From Lama glama (Eukaryota), in the NCBI GenBank assembly GCA_028534125.1, contig CM052816.1, positions 70,124,001-70,188,000 of the forward strand: a stretch of 64,000 nucleotides of DNA. The letters are read 5' to 3'. The stretch's first letter is position 1; the number at the start of each line of letters is the position of its first letter. The notes below the pieces were generated by a model. That model was given only the letters and a program-made list of their open reading frames with translations. It did not search any database and was not told the origin of the DNA. Positions 37,262-51,130 of the stretch are shown here, piece by piece. The position numbers and the translations under genes are program-made.

Positions 37262-37473
37262 ATATTTCAAAAACAAAATGATGAATTAGCTTTATTTTTT
37301 GGATTTCATTAAGAAGAGAGAAATCTCATTTTATCCAGAGCTTTGTGGAGGGAGATTGGTGGCTTACCATGGGGTCCTTTGTCCTCCACAGAAAGCCTAT
37401 GGTGTTTCTGTTCACAGTCATTTGAAAATCAGCTCAATGTATTTCTTCATGCAGACTGTTAAAATGGCTTGGA

Positions 37474-37489
37474 TTCCACTAGAGGGCAG
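37474..37489 (+). promoter_or_regulatory. CTCF core motif (forward orientation)
   Basis: TTCCACTAGAGGGCAG. Confidence 0.65.
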
Positions 37490-37599
37490 ATGGGCCTTAT
37501 CTCAGTGGACTTTATGGTTACCAGCTCTGGTCATGTCAAACTGGGTAATTTTTGCCATTGACCACTACCCATTTCTATTTCTGTTCAACATTTGTCTGA

Positions 37600-38050
37600 C
37601 CCATTTGACATCACCGACACATCTATATATCAGTGATTCCCATGCTTACATCCAGCCTAGATTGCTTTTCTGAACTCCTGCTCAGCATCTCTAGTTGGCT
37701 GTTCTAAAGACCATTCAATGTGGACATATTGAATGTTGACCTCAAGAACTCTCCTGAGTGATCTCCACCTTCAGTTCTGTTCTTCCTGTGCTCCTTGGCT
37801 CAGGGAAGGTCACCACTGACTATTCGCTTATGCAAGCCTTGGAACCTAGGCTTCATCCTTGACACTTCCCTTTCCTACATAATTTCTCATCAAGTCCTCT
37901 CCATTTTACTTGCCAGATGTCTCTCAAGGTCTACTTGCTTTTGTATATCTCCACTCCTAGCTACTACCTTCTTTCACTTGGCTACTAGCCACCTAACTGG
38001 TCTCCAAGCTCTAGGCATGCCTTTCTCCCATCTTCCAAATTTCTCTCTTA
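37600..38050 (+). mobile_element. L2 fragment
   Basis: tgaactcctg..catctctagttgg..ggaacctaggcttcatccttgacacttccctttcc. Confidence 0.7.
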
Positions 38051-39097
38051 TCCTCTGCTTTTCCTTCTGCCAACCTCAGAAATTCAATCTTAGTTTCTAC
38101 CCTTACACTTGTGTATCCCTATCGATTATGAAACCTTTTTTTAAGCATGTGAAAGGCCAGTAAACTGAGGATGAAGGCAACAAGACTCAGTTTCCCAAGA
38201 GAGTAGTGAGAGGTCATATGTACAAGTAGTCTCCATTTTGCCTTGTTTCTTATATGTATGAATTTCAGTTACTAGAAGTTAAATAACACCATCCCTCCCA
38301 ACAACAAGGTACAAATTTTAGACTTCCACTTAGTCGTTTTCTTAGAGAAGTCTTCCCTTTGGGGGTCAGAACATCTTAAAGGTACTTGTAGCTCTCTGTA
38401 TTTTTTTCTGTGGCACTTACCATAGGTTGAATTATCTCTTTCCCCTTTCCTTCCCTGGAAACTGAGTCTTTCCAGGGTCTTAAAAAGAATTATTTGAACA
38501 ACTCAGGAAGATATATAAAAGAAAATTTAAAAGATCACTCGTAGTCCATCTCTTACTCCCTTCTTTTTTATTTTATTTTTCAAGTAGTACATGGATACAG
38601 TCTCGTTTTAGATTCACACCACACAGTTGTTTGAAAAAATGAAGAATAAAAGATGAAAATCTCTTTCTAACATCATTTCTGTTCCCCTCCCAGAGTAAAC
38701 CATTATCAAATTAGATGTACATTTTCTCTGCTACCCCTCTGTGCATTTCACAACCATATTTGTAGATGCACTCACATTAAAAAAATGGAAGAGAGAGAAA
38801 AACCACTGAGAAGGTGTGAGGCTGCAGGGCACCATGCGTGGCAAGGCAGTCAGTGAAAATACTTTAGTAGGACTATTAAGAAGAAGCAAATAACATATTT
38901 AGCCTCAAATTGATGTGCTATAGTGCCCTTTTCCTCTATGTTCAGCCCCAGGCACTCTTCAACAAAGCCTACCTCACACATATATGTGCACATACAAAAA
39001 AATCCAAAAAAACCCCCCAAAACAAAAACTTCCCCCCAAATTAAGAAAAGAAAAGAAAAGAAAAGAAAAGAAAAAAAAATCCAAAATGAGATCATCT

Positions 39098-39657
39098 TGT
39101 AGGGGAGTAAAAATAATTTTTCCTCTACCCTTCTAGGTTTTTGGCTGAGAACCTCCTGTAATAAAAAGTTGGATTAATAAGAGAAAAACAAACAACTTTA
39201 ATAACATGTATACCTGCTGTATACATGGGAGATATCCAGGAATACTGAGTAAGTCCCTGAAATGGCCCAAGCCAACCCTTAAATACTATCTCCAGCTAAA
39301 GAGAAAAGAAAGGTGTGGGGTGGGAGTGGTGGGGGAGGCCTGTTGAGGGAGGTTACCAAGAAAAGCACAGTGAACAAGAGTATAATTATTTTGCAGATTT
39401 ATTGTTTTCTGCATTGATAAGAGATTAAGTCTAAAGATTTAGAGTCAACTTCCTCTTCCTGGCACAGAGCGGGGAGGCACCCTTAAAAATGGAGATTTCT
39501 TTTATAAATGTAAATGTTTCTTGCAAAATGGTAACTTCCACTTGGTTTTCAGAGCTTCTCCTACATCTCTCTCTCTCTCTCTTTTTTTTAATAACCAGTT
39601 CAAAATAATCCTTATGCCAACGATGCATATTTTGGGGTGGCATATTCTGCTTCATCA
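39098..39657 (-). mobile_element. ERV1 solo LTR (MER34-like) inserted in an old L1ME-like sequence (~38560-40200)
   Basis: tgtagggg..attaataagagaaaaacaaac..caaaataatccttatgcca..ttttggggtggcatattctg..ca. Confidence 0.8.
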
Positions 39658-41670
39658 GTGTCTTATTGCTCTTCTTAATGAGAGTCAGAAATCTTTCAAC
39701 ATGGATAAGAAATTACGTCATTCTTCCTGATGTTGTCACATTGCTTCATAATCTGGTTGTACTACCATTTACTTACCATTCCTCTATTAATGGAAATATG
39801 ACTTCTCCGTTTTTTTCGATTATAAGCTATGCTTTGTTGAACCTTATACTTTTGTGCACATGTTAAGTTTTTCTTCTGTGTGGGTTCCTCAAAGTGAAAT
39901 TGCTACATCAAAATTTTAGCACATTTTACATTTTGATAGATATTGTCAAATTGAATCAATTTATACATTTGAGTGTGCTTATTTCCATTTGTCAAGATGT
40001 AATATTTGAATAATTATTTTAATTAAATAATGTCATCTGATAGATGAAAAATATTTCATTATTTTGGGTTACATTTCCCTGATGTGTAATGTGGATGATA
40101 ATCTTTTAATGTGTTTCATGGACATGTACATCTCTTATCTATTGCCCATTTTTATAAACTTTTATTTTTTAATTTAGAAGAACTTTTCATAGTCACTTGT
40201 TTAATCTTATCAACAGCCATTTATTAACCACTGGCATTGTACAGGCATAATGCTAGGTGTTGGGATTTCAGAGAATATAACACAATATATGATATATAAT
40301 ATCTACCCTCTTAAGGGTGGGGTGGTTGGAGGAAGTGCAGATTTGCAAAGAAATAAATGCACTAAGGTGTTACACTTGTCATGTTAATCAAACTTACTAC
40401 TTAAAGAATAATAGAGTTGTGAGCAGTTGCTTATAAGTCATCTCGGAGAAAAATTGAAACTGGTATAATATTTCCTCTCTCTATTAGCAAATTCACAATA
40501 TATTGGAACTTGCTTAATATGTTTTAGCTTACTGTTCTATCTTTAAATGAGACTTTTTACATATTTAACTCAGTTCTTATTGCTTATGCTTATGCTACTG
40601 TTCTGAAGGCCAGAGAACGAAGAGTAAAGACTCTCTGAGGTAATTTAGTGTGAGTGATTTTTACTTTATCTTTAATTGCAGTGATGCTCTCACTCAGCTA
40701 GATCCTTTGATAGCTTCCATGACCTTCCACTGTACACATTTAAGCAGACCTACTCAAGCAGATAGAGTCATACAGACACAGCTGAGCCAAGTGGCATTAT
40801 GAGAAAGTATTAGACAGGATGCTGGAGATGAGGATGTTACTTAGGTGAAGAGGACACTCCAGCTGGGGAGGCCCATATTCATGAGATCTCTATTTGCCAA
40901 TTAAAGCAAAGCTGATTTAATACATCAGTGCTGCAGTTTATTAAGAACCATATAAACCTGAGTGAGTTAGTAAGATAGTAAGTGCCCTACTTACATCCAG
41001 TAGAGAGTTAATGTTTGTATATCTTTTTGGAAAATTATAAAACGTATCTGTACAAAAGTCACCAATAGTTAAGTCTCTTCTTCAAGTGGGAAGCAGGAAA
41101 GGTAGTTCAAATGTACTGGCAGTGAGCTTCCTGGGGATTTAGGAAGGCAGAAGAGGTGGTGGTCTTAATTCCTTTGAAGTTCAATCCCAGTTAAGCTGAT
41201 CAGAAAGGAGATGGGAGAGTAGGCAGGATTATTGGCCAGGTCAGTACAGAGAAGTGCATGATGCCTCCTTCCAGCCTCTATAACTCTGTGAGTTTGGGGG
41301 AGGGTGTCAGAAATATGATAAACTGTGAAATATAATAGAACATTCAATACCTTGTAAATTGGGTGACATAAGTCACAGTGATATTATTTTCTGTAAAAAT
41401 ATAAATCCCAACCATGTGCATTGATGTTGAACTGTAGAATAGTTTTATAAGCAGCAATCTGTCTGGAAAAGAACTTGCCTCAAAGCTGTACATTTTTGCT
41501 ATACATTTTTGTTTAGATTGTATGCAGGTTGCTAGGAAAGGCACCAGTGTAGATTATGGGTCACTACAACACTACATGTACCCTCATTCCCAAAGAGATC
41601 CCGTGGCAGAATCACTGAACCTCACAAATATTCTGTCAAGATAGACACTGAAAACAGAGATAAACTCTGA

Positions 41671-41685
41671 CCGCCATCTTGTGGA
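41671..41685 (-). promoter_or_regulatory. Overlapping CTCF and YY1 motifs
   Basis: Reverse complement TCCACAAGATGGCGG (CTCF-like); CCGCCATCTT matches YY1. Confidence 0.55.
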
Positions 41686-42830
41686 GGGGTCTACCATAAC
41701 CAAGTGAGATTGAGTGTGATGTGGTGATAGTTGGGGAAAGGCTGAGAGGGACATAGAAGACCTGGGAATGTTTTTTCTCACCTGAGAATTCTGGTAGACT
41801 CTAGGAGAGATAAAACCCCTCAGATACAAAATTTGCTAACTGACAGGAGAACTATATTAGCTGAACCTGTAGAGGAGGTCTTCCCTTAATTTGATTTAGG
41901 TTTAGCATGGAGGATCTGGAGTAGCTTTGAGAGAGCGTTATCATTCCTTATCTCCCTGTTTCCGGATTCCATAGCTTGGGAAGGTATTTTCCTCACATTC
42001 TTAAGAGTTTAGAGAGCTTACCAAACAAGAGACACTCAATATTTATTCTTCAATATTATTCCATTATATACTTCACTAGAGCACATTTGTTTTCAAAACA
42101 TTTAATTGGATTTCCCGGAAATGGAAAAGCCATTTGCTTTTTTATGGATTTACTATCAGTTTGAAACCCAAGAATCTTTCCAATATTTTAATACAAACCA
42201 GTCTTACTGGCTTAAATTAAAGGAATGTGTTCAAAGTAGGAATTAACACTGATAAAAGAGGCTTTTGATACGTCCCTAATAGCACCCAGCCTGACAGGAT
42301 GACATTTTGGTGAAAGTGAATAAGACATGTTATCAAAGGGAGATTTTTCTTTCCTGAAACATTTAAAGCATAGTTTGCTTTTCACTTGGCAGAACAACAA
42401 CAACAACAACAAAAGAAACCATGTGGGCATTTTTCACTTTGCAAAGCATTCTTTACAGATGCCTGTCTAGTTGTTCTTGGATGGCTTCAGGGCACCGACA
42501 CCGTATTCATCTTTTGAAAGTTCTCCACCAGGCTGATGTTGATCCCAGGGATGGGTGAGGCACATCATGACTTCCAGTGGGTGGAGCATTTCAGTTGTAA
42601 TGTAGCATGCTCTGGAACACATGTGGCTAAACACTGTCATTCATTGTGTCGAACCTTGCAGGACTGCGACATTCTGTGTTTCTAATGTAAATTTTGCAGC
42701 AGTGCCTAGTTCAATGCCTGGCATATAGTCGGTGCTGAATGAATGCTCTGAGACAGAAGGGTCTAGCTATTACCTGCAAACCTGGAAACGTATTGGAATT
42801 CTTGTATTGATGTGTGCAGCAGCTTCAAAC

Positions 42831-43051
42831 CATGGCCCCAAATTCTGCTCTGTTGCCATTTTGGGCCTGACCATTCTTTGTTGTTCTTTGTTGTAGGGGG
42901 CTGTCCTGTGCATTGTAGGAGGTTTAGCAGCATCCCTGGCTTCTGCCCACTAGATGCCAGTAGTATTCCCCAGTTGTGAAAACCAAAAATGTCTTTAGAC
43001 ATTGACAGAGGTCCCCTGGGGGGCCAAAATCACTCCCAGTTGGAGTCACTG
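42831..43051. mobile_element. MER20 hAT MITE
   Basis: gggggctgtcctgtgcattgtagga..cccactagatgccagtag..aaaaatgtctttagacattg. Confidence 0.9.
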
Positions 43052-45274
43052 CCCTAAACTAAGCGTGGTTGTGTGGAATAGATCTGGCTTTATGCATGAG
43101 TTGAGTCAGCAGTAGTAAATAATGAAATACGATATAAGCACCCTGGAAATACTGTTTTGACCAGTAATACCTACCCCTGACCACAGCATCTTCTAGGAAG
43201 GCTGACCATAAACATGTTAGCTGGAATAGTTACAGAAAGTTGAGAATAAGTAATTGGGAAATCAGCCAGGGAAATGGTTCCTTTTTGATTTAAAGAAAAA
43301 GACAGCCACTCAGGAGTCACACAGTCACTTGTGAAAACCAGGTGTCCATGAGATAATGTGGTGTATTGGGGGGAAAAATGGAAAGGAAATCAGGAGACTT
43401 ACACTCTAATCCTGGCTTGGCTACTGACCAGCTGTATCTCCTAGGGGAACTCTCTTCCCTTGTCTGATAGCAAGGGAGCTGAACTAAGTGACCTGTGAAG
43501 TTCTTCCCACCCCTCAGGTATGAAGAGATTACGGGTTTGATTTTTCTGGTGAATAGCCCATTATTACCTATTTTTGCAGAAGAGGGTTAGGGCTTTGAAG
43601 GAATGCAATATAGAAATCAGGGAGGTGTTAATTAGGACTATGGGAAGATACATAATGGATTTTGGGGTATGACAAAATCTAAGATGAGGGTAATGGAGTT
43701 TGTGCTAAATGGGAATCAGAATATACAAGGAAGACACAAAAGCCATACAGTTTTGCTTTTGTGTGTGTGTGCAGGTTGGTGGTGAGGGTGTTGAGTGGAC
43801 CACAGCTAGGCTAGCAAGCTTGTCATCTTCCACATGACTCCTTAGGTAGGAGGATTTACCCAGAAGAACCGTCTATTTTCCCAAACATGAAAACCATCAT
43901 CATAGGTTACTGATAGCAGTGGGCACTCTTGGATGTGTATGGAAGTTCTCACTGGAGCATTCATCGGATTCAACTGCATTACCTATTTCGTAGATGTACA
44001 TGTCAAAACAGTCCATAAATATTATGTCTTGTGGAAACCAATGTCATGATTCATTGACTGAAAAAAGTAAAATGCCCTAAAAGATTCTGATACTCAATAA
44101 CACAGAAACCAGGGTAGGACAAATCTGGCTGGAATTTGAATGTTTGAAGAGTTTTTCAGCCATATTGGGTTTGATAAAAGAGCAAACTCATTTTATGAAG
44201 CAGTTTTGCCCTTACTTTCTAAACACTGTGTGTATTTGAAAGGAAATTCAATCCGTATGTTTTTGATTAATCTTCAAAATATTATTTCTTAAGAGTTGTT
44301 TGATGTCTAAGAAGTATTTAAGCCCTTTGAATAATTTTAAAGAAATATATATATAATTTTTCTCTTTAAAACAGGAAATCACTTTTTAAAGAGTTTAAAT
44401 GGGTTTGGACACAAATGAGATTCAGACTTGAAATCCTGACCCTGTAAGATTAGGGAAAGTTTGAAACTTGCCAAAATAGACTCTCATATTCCTCTCTAAA
44501 TGTCAGTACCTTCTGATATTATATTGTTAGCAGAAATACTTGGGCATTGTCCAACAGAATAAAGTGGTATGGTTTTCTCCCAAGTCGTAGGGTTCATAGC
44601 CTCAGTAAACTTTGACTCTTTTCTCTCTCCTTTACATTGGCGTTTGTATCAAAAGGTAGTTTTGATTTGGTAGTTCTCTGCTTCTTTCAGTCTGTCTCTT
44701 CCTCTTGTTTTCTGCTGCCTTCAGTCCTTTCAGGCTTTTATCACCTCAGGCCTAGATCATAGCATTTACTGTCTAGCTGGTGCTTCCCTCTGTCTGGTCT
44801 CTCCTGGCACCAATCAAATGTGTGTGCTGTTCCCTTTAATCCTCACCAAAATCCTCATTAAATCTTGACTAAAATTCTCGCTTTCCCCCTAAAGCACTGT
44901 CAGTGGTTCCTAAAGCCCATGAATCCTTTAATCTTCCTTCAGTGCTTCTCTGCATTCATTGGCCCCAGTGTACTTTTCAAACATGTCAGCCAGTGGGGAA
45001 TCTCTTCTCAGAGTGGCTTGGTTAGCTTTGCGAAACACGACTGAGATGCCCTTCCTCTTCTTCCTCCTACTAATTCAGTGAGAACCAACCCAAGTCTCAC
45101 TTCCTTTCTGTTGACTCATGCCTGTGGTATCACTCCCTCTGTAGGGTCATCACTCTCTTTTGTACCACTTATGTTTCTGAGTTGGTGTCTGATCTGATGC
45201 TACTGCGCAGAATTCCTTCCCTTTGTAGATGTCTGTGCCTTGCTTCTTTATCTAGGCTACAGACTCGGTTCAAT

Positions 45275-45463
45275 AGTGGTGGTTCTCCAAGTGTAGTTCC
45301 TAGGCCATAACAGCATCATCTGAGGATTTGTTAGAACTATAATTTCTTAGGCATACCACCCCAGAGCTGCTGAATCAGAAATTCTAGGTGTGGGAGCCAG
45401 CACTCTGTAGTTTAACAGGCCTTCCTGATGACTTGAGTGTACACTCAAATTTGAGAACCACTG
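45275..45463. mobile_element. MER5A MITE
   Basis: gtggttctccaagtgtag..cagcatcatctgagg..tgaatcagaaattct..tttgagaaccactg. Confidence 0.88.
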
Positions 45464-46334
45464 TTGTAAAGGAAAAGACAAATCTTTGTATCCTTCACAA
45501 TGACAGGACAAAGCTGAAATACAGAAGTTATTAAAATTCTAGATAACTTTAATTTTAAATTCTCAATGACATGCAGAGAAGAGAATGGAAACACTTTCAA
45601 AAGTTTATGGAATTTTAAGAAATAAAAAAAACTACTGTTTTCTTACTGATTGCCATGGAGGATTAGGTTGCAAGTTTGTTAATAATCCTCTTCATGAGAA
45701 TTTCTTCATTTTTTCTCTTTCCTTTTTTAAGGATTTTAGTATTGTTTAGCACTGAGTAATCAGATGATAGAATTCAACACATTATGTTTCCAACATTCTT
45801 TTAACTAAATCTGTAGTTTATAGATGATTTGTTTTTCCTTTGGAGGTTGTGTGCTTGATGGCCATATGTGAACATGGAGAATAATTTCCTCTTCTTTTAT
45901 TTCTCATTAAAATGCTTTATTAATGGCCTAGAATTCTCATGCAGAGGTGAATGCTGCTACAGAATTAAGAAAATAGTGATATACAAAAAAAATCAACTTT
46001 TTGCATGTATCTATACACCAACAGGGGAAAAATAAATTTAACTTACCATTTTTCAAGAAGTGTAAATATTGCATTCTTCTCTTTTCTATCATCTTCCAGT
46101 CAATTTATACACAGCATCATAGTTTATAGGCTTCATTGCTGTGGTGAACCTTAACCCAGTAATATTTTTCCTGTACTCCCCAAGAAAGTTGTTCAGTCAG
46201 GATGAACCCTATGAAGTCCCTGGGTCTGGCAGGCTTGCCTATTGGGCAAACCCACAGTTTCGCACCAGGCCAGTCTGACAACACCTGTACACATGAACCT
46301 GGTTTTTTGATTAGAGGAAGCAGCCAGTTAGTCA

Positions 46335-46550
46335 GCATAGCTTTGAAGAAACCATTTGTGTCTTGGAGTCTGACAAACCTGGGTTTGAGGCCCAGCTCTG
46401 TGTCTCTAACTAGCCATTTGACTCCTCTTTGTTTTTCCTTTTGGAATGAGGTTCCTAGTATCTGCCCTATAGGGTTGTTGAAAAAAGTATGGCTAATGTA
46501 TACAAAGTGCATGACCCAAGTTGGATGCTCAGTAAATGCAGTTATTATTG
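46335..46550 (+). mobile_element. MIR SINE
   Basis: ttggagtctgacaaacctgggtttgaggcccagctctg..atgctcagtaaatg. Confidence 0.8.
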
Positions 46551-47381
46551 TTAGTCTCTCATAATGACTGTAGTTCTTTTATTTTTAATCTTAAATACAT
46601 AACTTGAATTAAGTCATCCTTTGATTGGCTTTTTTGCTTTCAGAGAGCTCTGCTTCTAATTGTTCTTGTCTAATAGTAACTGTGTTGCATTGACTTAAAG
46701 TGTGTTGAACAGTTTTTCTTTTGCTTTTTTTCTGCTCTTCTTTATTGAAATTGTGCCTGTTGAGTTTCTAGAAAGCAAGTAGGTAGCTACATCAGTTCTT
46801 TCATTTATTCAGAAGTTAAGTCTGCACCTTCCTTCTTTTATTGAACTAGTGTTTATCGAACGCTTAGTCTCTGGCAGGCTTTGAGGATACACAAGTGTGC
46901 ACAGAAATCCAATCATGATCTGTTATTTCTGCCAGTGGAGAGCTAAAGTAAAAACTTATGACTAAAATTATTCTATTGTCCACATTGTCCCTGCAAACTC
47001 AGATTTAGGAGTTGTGGAAGCAGGTATATGCCTACGTGGTGAGATTTTCCCAGGACTTTAATGCAAGGCATTTCCCCCATTTATTTGTAGTATACTTGAT
47101 GTTTCCTTCCCTAGAGTTAGTGCCTATCAAGGACTTGGCTCTTTTATTCTCTGATGAAGGAGAATGTGAGCTGGAAGTAATACTTTTCCCCTGCAGCGTT
47201 CTCTGAACGCATTAATAAAAATTACTTACCAGATCAGCAAAGCTACACTTAGTAAAGAATAGAGAATGAAGAGGATAAACACATTAGAAATTTGCTTTGT
47301 TTGGGGAGGCCATCTGGAGAGGATGGCCAGAACCCATGAGGGTGGACAGGCCAGAATGGAAGGCCTTAGGTAGTTAGGGTC

Positions 47382-47830
47382 TGTGGTGACCTCCCAGATG
47401 GCCCCCAGTGATTCTCGTTTCCTATTAGTCACACTTGTGTTGTCTCTACCACTTTGAGTAAGGGTTGCATTATAACCAACCAATGTCACATTGAGGCTTC
47501 TGTGAAATCAATCTTTCTGGGAAAGCAAGCTGCCATATTGTGAGGACACTCAAACAGCTTTATAGAGAAATTCTTACAGTGAAGAACTAAGGCCTTCTGC
47601 CAAATAAGCACTAATTAGCTGGGTAAATGCACAAGCCATGTTGGAAGTGTATTTTCCAGCCTGAGTGAAGCCTTCAGAAGACTGTTGACTTCAGTGTCAT
47701 GAGATACCTGGAGGAGAACTACCTGGCTAAAGCTCATCCAAATTCCTGGCCCACAGAATCAGTGTGAGATAATAAATACTTATTGTTTAAAGCCATAAAG
47801 TTATGTGGTAATTTGTTAAACAGAAATAGG
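47382..47830 (+). mobile_element. MaLR LTR (MLT1E/F-like)
   Basis: tgtgg..agatggcccccagtgatt..gaagaactaaggccttctgcca..aaattcctggcccacagaa..gagataataaat..ggtaatttgtta. Confidence 0.85.
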
Positions 47831-49575
47831 GCCCGGCATATGGTGCTAGATTCTCTGAAGAAAAAAGCAAAATTAAGGAGGGAGATATTGAAAGGAAACT
47901 TCAGAAAAGTCAACGACAGACACTATTTTATACTTTATAAAGGGTATATAGAGATGGGGCTGGGAAAGGTGGGGGTGGGGAGGAGAAAATGAATTTAATA
48001 CTCCATTCCCAGAGTAGAAGAAAGAAAGGAAGAAGTCAAAGGGGTGGACATTAGTTTGGGAAGGACTCCTGAGTATGAAAACTTGGAAATGGATCTATCT
48101 TTTAACACTATGTGAAGTTTCAAAAATTGATTTTCACTTGAGCAAATCTTGGATTTCATCAAATAGTATGATGATAGTAATAGAGGTGAGAAATTTTCTT
48201 TATGGAGATTCTTTAGGCCTTTTTTCCCCCTATACAAGACACTAGTTGAAGCTACCAAAGACTATCTCACCTTTTAAAAGTCAGTGTGCCAAGGAAAGCA
48301 GCAGTTTCCAGAGTTTGGCAAAAGGTTTCATATTCACTTAAACAAAAGGGGCTCTTTCTAAAATTATTCCAACTATATTAAACTATGAGTCACTTTTCTA
48401 ACTCCAGGAAGGACGAAAATGACATATCGGCATTTAAGAAAGCTTTGTATTAGAGATTAAAAAAATTCTTTTAAACAAATTGCTTTCTTTCTAAGTGGTT
48501 TTATAACTGTCAACGTTTTATATGTTTTTAGTTGGGGGAAGGGATGAGGTTCTTTGGAGAGAGGTAAGGCAGGAAATCAGTAGTGATTCATACCACTTTT
48601 TTTCACATGCTTCTCTGACGAGTTTTAATCACAAATCTGGGTCCACTTGTATAACAAAAACATTAAAAGAGGGTGTTTTAAACTCTGTCTTTTTATTAAT
48701 CATGTATTTGGTTTTGTAAATAATACACGCAAGTACATCCTTGTTACGTCAGTTGGAAACAGTGATTAACTAACTAGCTGTTTAACTAGGAGACAAGAAT
48801 ATCTTGCAGTTTTATGTGTACTTCTGAAATAGCTATGTGTTTTCCCTTGTGCTGCTTAATTTGCTTTAGGCAAATATTTTAAATTTTAGAATGTTTTTAA
48901 TTGATTTTTAATTTTAATGATCCTTCCTATCTTCCTTTATATTTAATGGCAATTTTTAGGACTCTAAAGATAGTTTTCTATGCCACAATAGGCTTTTGAA
49001 AGAAAGGCACATTTATTTGAAAGAAACACACTCTGTTATTTCTAAAACCCTTTGGTATCACTGAAAATGGTTTTACTTTAGCTTTCCCTTCGGCTTAATT
49101 CCTTTTTCCCTTTGTTTCTATTGGGATGAGGTAATCCTGAGTTTGTAGAGTCTTTTGTGATGTAAATGATTATGACCACACAGACACAGCATAATATTTA
49201 CTAGGAATAAGAGAAAAAGAAATATCAATAGTGCTGCTCACCAAGCATTTGAAAATACTTAAGTTCTTCATTTCCAGAGGGAAAAATGCCACTCAACATG
49301 TTTATTATTAAGGACTGAAACATAGTGTGTACACATAAATTGTGAACCAAAGTTGAGTAGGAGGAGAGGAGTGAAATTTAAAAATTAATTATGGCAAGTG
49401 GGCATGATGGTCTGAAGTTAAGAAGGCCAGATGCATTAATAATGCACTTATATATTACTGGACATTCATAAGTAGAGTAAAAAAAATTGTGTGGAGCTAA
49501 ACAAGCTCAACAGATGAATAGGGATGTGTGTTGAGTACAGCAGCCAGCTTAGTAGTTGTAGCCTAGATTCTAGAG

Positions 49576-49798
49576 CAGGGCATAGAGACCATTTTCTGTA
49601 AGGGACTAGAGAGTAAATATTTTAGGTTTGGGGCCCATAAGGTCTCTGCCACAACTGCCCGACTCTGGAGTTGTAGTAGAAAGCTGCCATAGACAGTACA
49701 TAAATGAATGGACATAGCTGTGTTCCAGTAAAACTTTTATTTACAAAAACAGGCTGCAGACCAGATTTCACCTGTGGACTGTAGTTTGCCACTTCCTA
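49576..49798. mobile_element. MER58A hAT MITE
   Basis: agtaaatattttagg..gctgtgttccagtaaaacttt..gtagtttgcc; 8-bp TSD ttctagag/ttctatag. Confidence 0.9.
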
Positions 49799-50734
49799 TT
49801 CTATAGTATATAATTTTTCTTATTTACTTGTTTGTAGATCAACACATTGCATAATGTTTGAAGCCACTTACAAGAATTTATATAACACTACATGCTTAAA
49901 AATGCATATAGCAGGTTAAAGGGTCATTGGGGCCTGCTGAGATTTTGTGGTAGGAATGGAGTGAGCTCCTGTTACATGAGATTGAATACATCCATTGCTA
50001 GTACCAGGAAATAACTTGGGTGCAAAACCAATGTCTGTGGACCGTTCTCTTTCCCTTTCACTAAATATTATACATAGCTTGTGCTGAGGACCTGCTTAGA
50101 TGTCTTTCATATTCACATTGGTGGGAGCCTTCCAGGCCTAGTAGCCAGTATATTTCCCAGTGATCATTCGGAGATTATGGTCAATTCCTATTTGACTTTA
50201 GGCAAAAAAGACCCTCTTTTCAATGGCTTAGAATAATCTTAGATGCCCTGAAAAGGAAGGTGGGGCCCTCAACACCTAGAGGGGTGATGATGGGGAAGGG
50301 AAATCTGCATCGATACTGGGATGTGATTAAACAGGGCTAACTCAACATTTCCATTCCTCACCAAGTGAAATGGGAATAAAACACACCCTCTATGAATGTA
50401 TATGTCCTTTGACCCTGTAATTCCACTATAAGAACGTATCATAAGAAAAATTTTAGAAGAGCTGCTAAAGATTTGTATGTAATACATGAATTTTAGTCTC
50501 ATTTATTAAATCAAAAACAATTTAATTGAAAAGAAGTTAAATATCCAACAGCAGGAGAATAGGTATATACAGACATAATAATATATTGTCTTTTAAAACT
50601 GCTTTTGAAGACAATTTTATGACAGGCAAATGGTTAATATAATTTTAAATGAATAGTGAATAAAATATGATCCTAATTTTGTTGGAAAAAAAAAAGCAAA
50701 AAGTATAGAAGAAAATACACCATGGAGGAAACTA

Positions 50735-51130
50735 CTATGATTATCTACCAAAATCCTTTTGCTTATTCCTAGTGTATAGCATATAGACTATATTTCCCAG
50801 GCTCCCTTGCACTTTTGTGTGACCATGAGAACATGTGATTTAGTTCTCTCCAATGGAATGTGAACATAAATGATGTATTCCACTTTCAGGGTTGAATTAT
50901 AAAAATGTCCCACAGGTTTCCCCTGCTTTTTTTTTTTTTTAAATACTTTCAGTTGATTGGGATGTCAATACTCCAGGCAAGTTGGAAGTCACATGTTGAA
51001 AATGGCAGAGCAGCCATCAGCTTAGGTTCATGAGTGACCATGGAGAGGTGAGTTGCCCTGCTGACCTGAGTATGCATTTAGAACTGTCACTTGAGGGGAG
51101 AAATACATGACTGTGATGTTCAGCTACCAT
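50735..51130 (+). mobile_element. MaLR LTR (MLT1I/J-like) following an L1ME fragment (~50340-50725)
   Basis: agactatatttcccaggctcccttgca..ccaatggaatgtga..gttgaaaatggcagagc. Confidence 0.75.
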
